Shown here piece by piece: positions 62,855 to 64,000 of a stretch of 64,000 nucleotides of DNA. Source of the DNA: Octopus sinensis (lineage: Eukaryota). Under the pieces are notes generated by a model that did no database searches, had not been told where the DNA came from, and was given only the letters and a program-made list of their open reading frames with translations. The stretch's first letter is position 1. Each line of letters starts with the position of its first letter. Location of the stretch: the NCBI RefSeq assembly GCF_006345805.1, contig NC_043007.1, positions 44,702,001 through 44,766,000 of the forward strand, read 5' to 3'. The position numbers and the translations under genes are program-made.

Positions 62855-63248
62855 CGAGCTTCTTCCAGTTTCTGTTTATCAAATCCATTTACAAGACTTT
62901 GGTTGGCTTTGGGCTGTAGTAGGAGACATGTCTAAAGTGCCTCACTGTAGAACTGACCCTGAGACCATATGGTTTGGAAGTGAACTACTTAACTGCACCA
63001 TGCTTGCACTTATAGCTGTAGCCTTAAGACCAAAAAAGTAATTTAAATTGCACTAATGGAAGAGCAATGTGTATTTTTTTGAAACATCAAAATCAAGAAT
63101 TTCTTTGCACCACTGTAACTAGTTCACGGATGAATAGTTCCATTCCAAAAATGAATTGAACAAGTTTTAGTAGCTATTGATTACTGGATTGAGAATTTCT
63201 CAGCATTCTTGACAAATGTCTTCAATTCCTCTCTGACTTCTGTTAAAA

Positions 63249-63444
63249 CTCTTTAGCATTCAGATTGTTCCATCAAATGTAATGCTCATTTTTTAAATTA
63301 TTGTTTTGAAGTCTTGTAGCTTTGTGATTTAATGTAATTGTTTATTTTAAAAATAACATTGTAAGGTAGGTGTAAGAGGCCAGTTTGAGCATAAACCAGG
63401 CGGAATATTTTGGGCTTGATATGGCCAATTTAAATATTAAAGAG
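63249..63444. mobile_element. piggyBac-type MITE (same family as 53527-53786, opposite orientation)
   Basis: CTCTTTAGCATTCAGATT...TTTAAATATTAAAGAG|TTAA. Confidence 0.65.
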
Positions 63445-63858
63445 TTAATCTCTTGGATAGTGCATTGCATGTCTTCTTGCAATTAAGTTAATTAATGTAG
63501 ATTTTTGCTAGACTATGTCTTCCCTGTTTACCAGAATAACTTCAGCTATTAATTCCTACATGTTGTGCCAGCAATGACCAACAAACCTCAGCTGGTGCTT
63601 TTATATTGTCTCTGATATATAGGATGTCATGGTATAGCTCTTTGTTAGTCATGTATTGCCATGAAATACTTAGAACAGCACTGAGCATTCAGGTGTACAT
63701 GCCATTTAGAGTTTTCTTTATATAAGCTTTAACTGTCCAGATTATCAAAGCATAAACTAAAATTGGTTCAGCAATCAGTTCTGAAGAAGTCTATTTAAAA
63801 TTTTCACAAATTTGATTAGATTTCCATATCTTATCCAAACATTACGTGCTCTCCATAC

Positions 63859-64000
63859 TTAACTGTTCCTGATTTCCATATCTCTCTTCGATTTGGGGAT
63901 ATGACTTCTAAGGCATTTGTAGTTCTCTTTTTCTTTATTCCTTCTTCATTTAGAGATTGTAAGCTTTCAAGTCCATCCTGATTGTAAGACATATATTCTG
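63859..64000 (-). CDS. Candidate exon running off the window end (EYMSYNQDGLESLQSLNEEGIKKKRTTNALEVISPNRREIWKSGTV)
   Basis: About 46 open codons in unique sequence and an AA|GTATGG donor. The acceptor cannot be assessed. Confidence 0.3.

Overview
AT-rich, microsatellite-laden eukaryotic DNA. The SINE families, RTE tails and (TA)/(CA)/(TACA) load look like a coleoid cephalopod, most likely Octopus; this is recognition from memory, not a database result. Most of the window is transposon debris: three Penelope-like (GIY-YIG) retroelements, CR1/L2-like LINEs, two RTE families (one nearly intact with a PHD-type finger after the RT core), several tRNA-derived SINE families, mariner/Tc1/pogo/piggyBac remnants, MITEs and foldback elements, Helitron-like elements and a ~5 kb degenerate TA/TATG tract. 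No complete host gene could be identified. There are two phase-compatible chains of small + strand exons (33.5-36.7 kb and 45.6-47.1 kb, each with a candidate microexon) and isolated - strand exon candidates. The most interesting signals are: three hammerhead-ribozyme-like motifs with atypical stem II, one inside a direct-repeat retrozyme-like unit; a variable-copy stem-loop/spacer array in the RTE 3' UTR; a GG...CC MITE with an 8-bp TSD carrying telomere-like repeats; an 88-bp near-perfect palindrome; and alternating CpG-retaining and CpG-depleted domains. The long I/Y/M/C/V ORFs in the track are microsatellite artefacts. Many boundaries are approximate and were read by eye.
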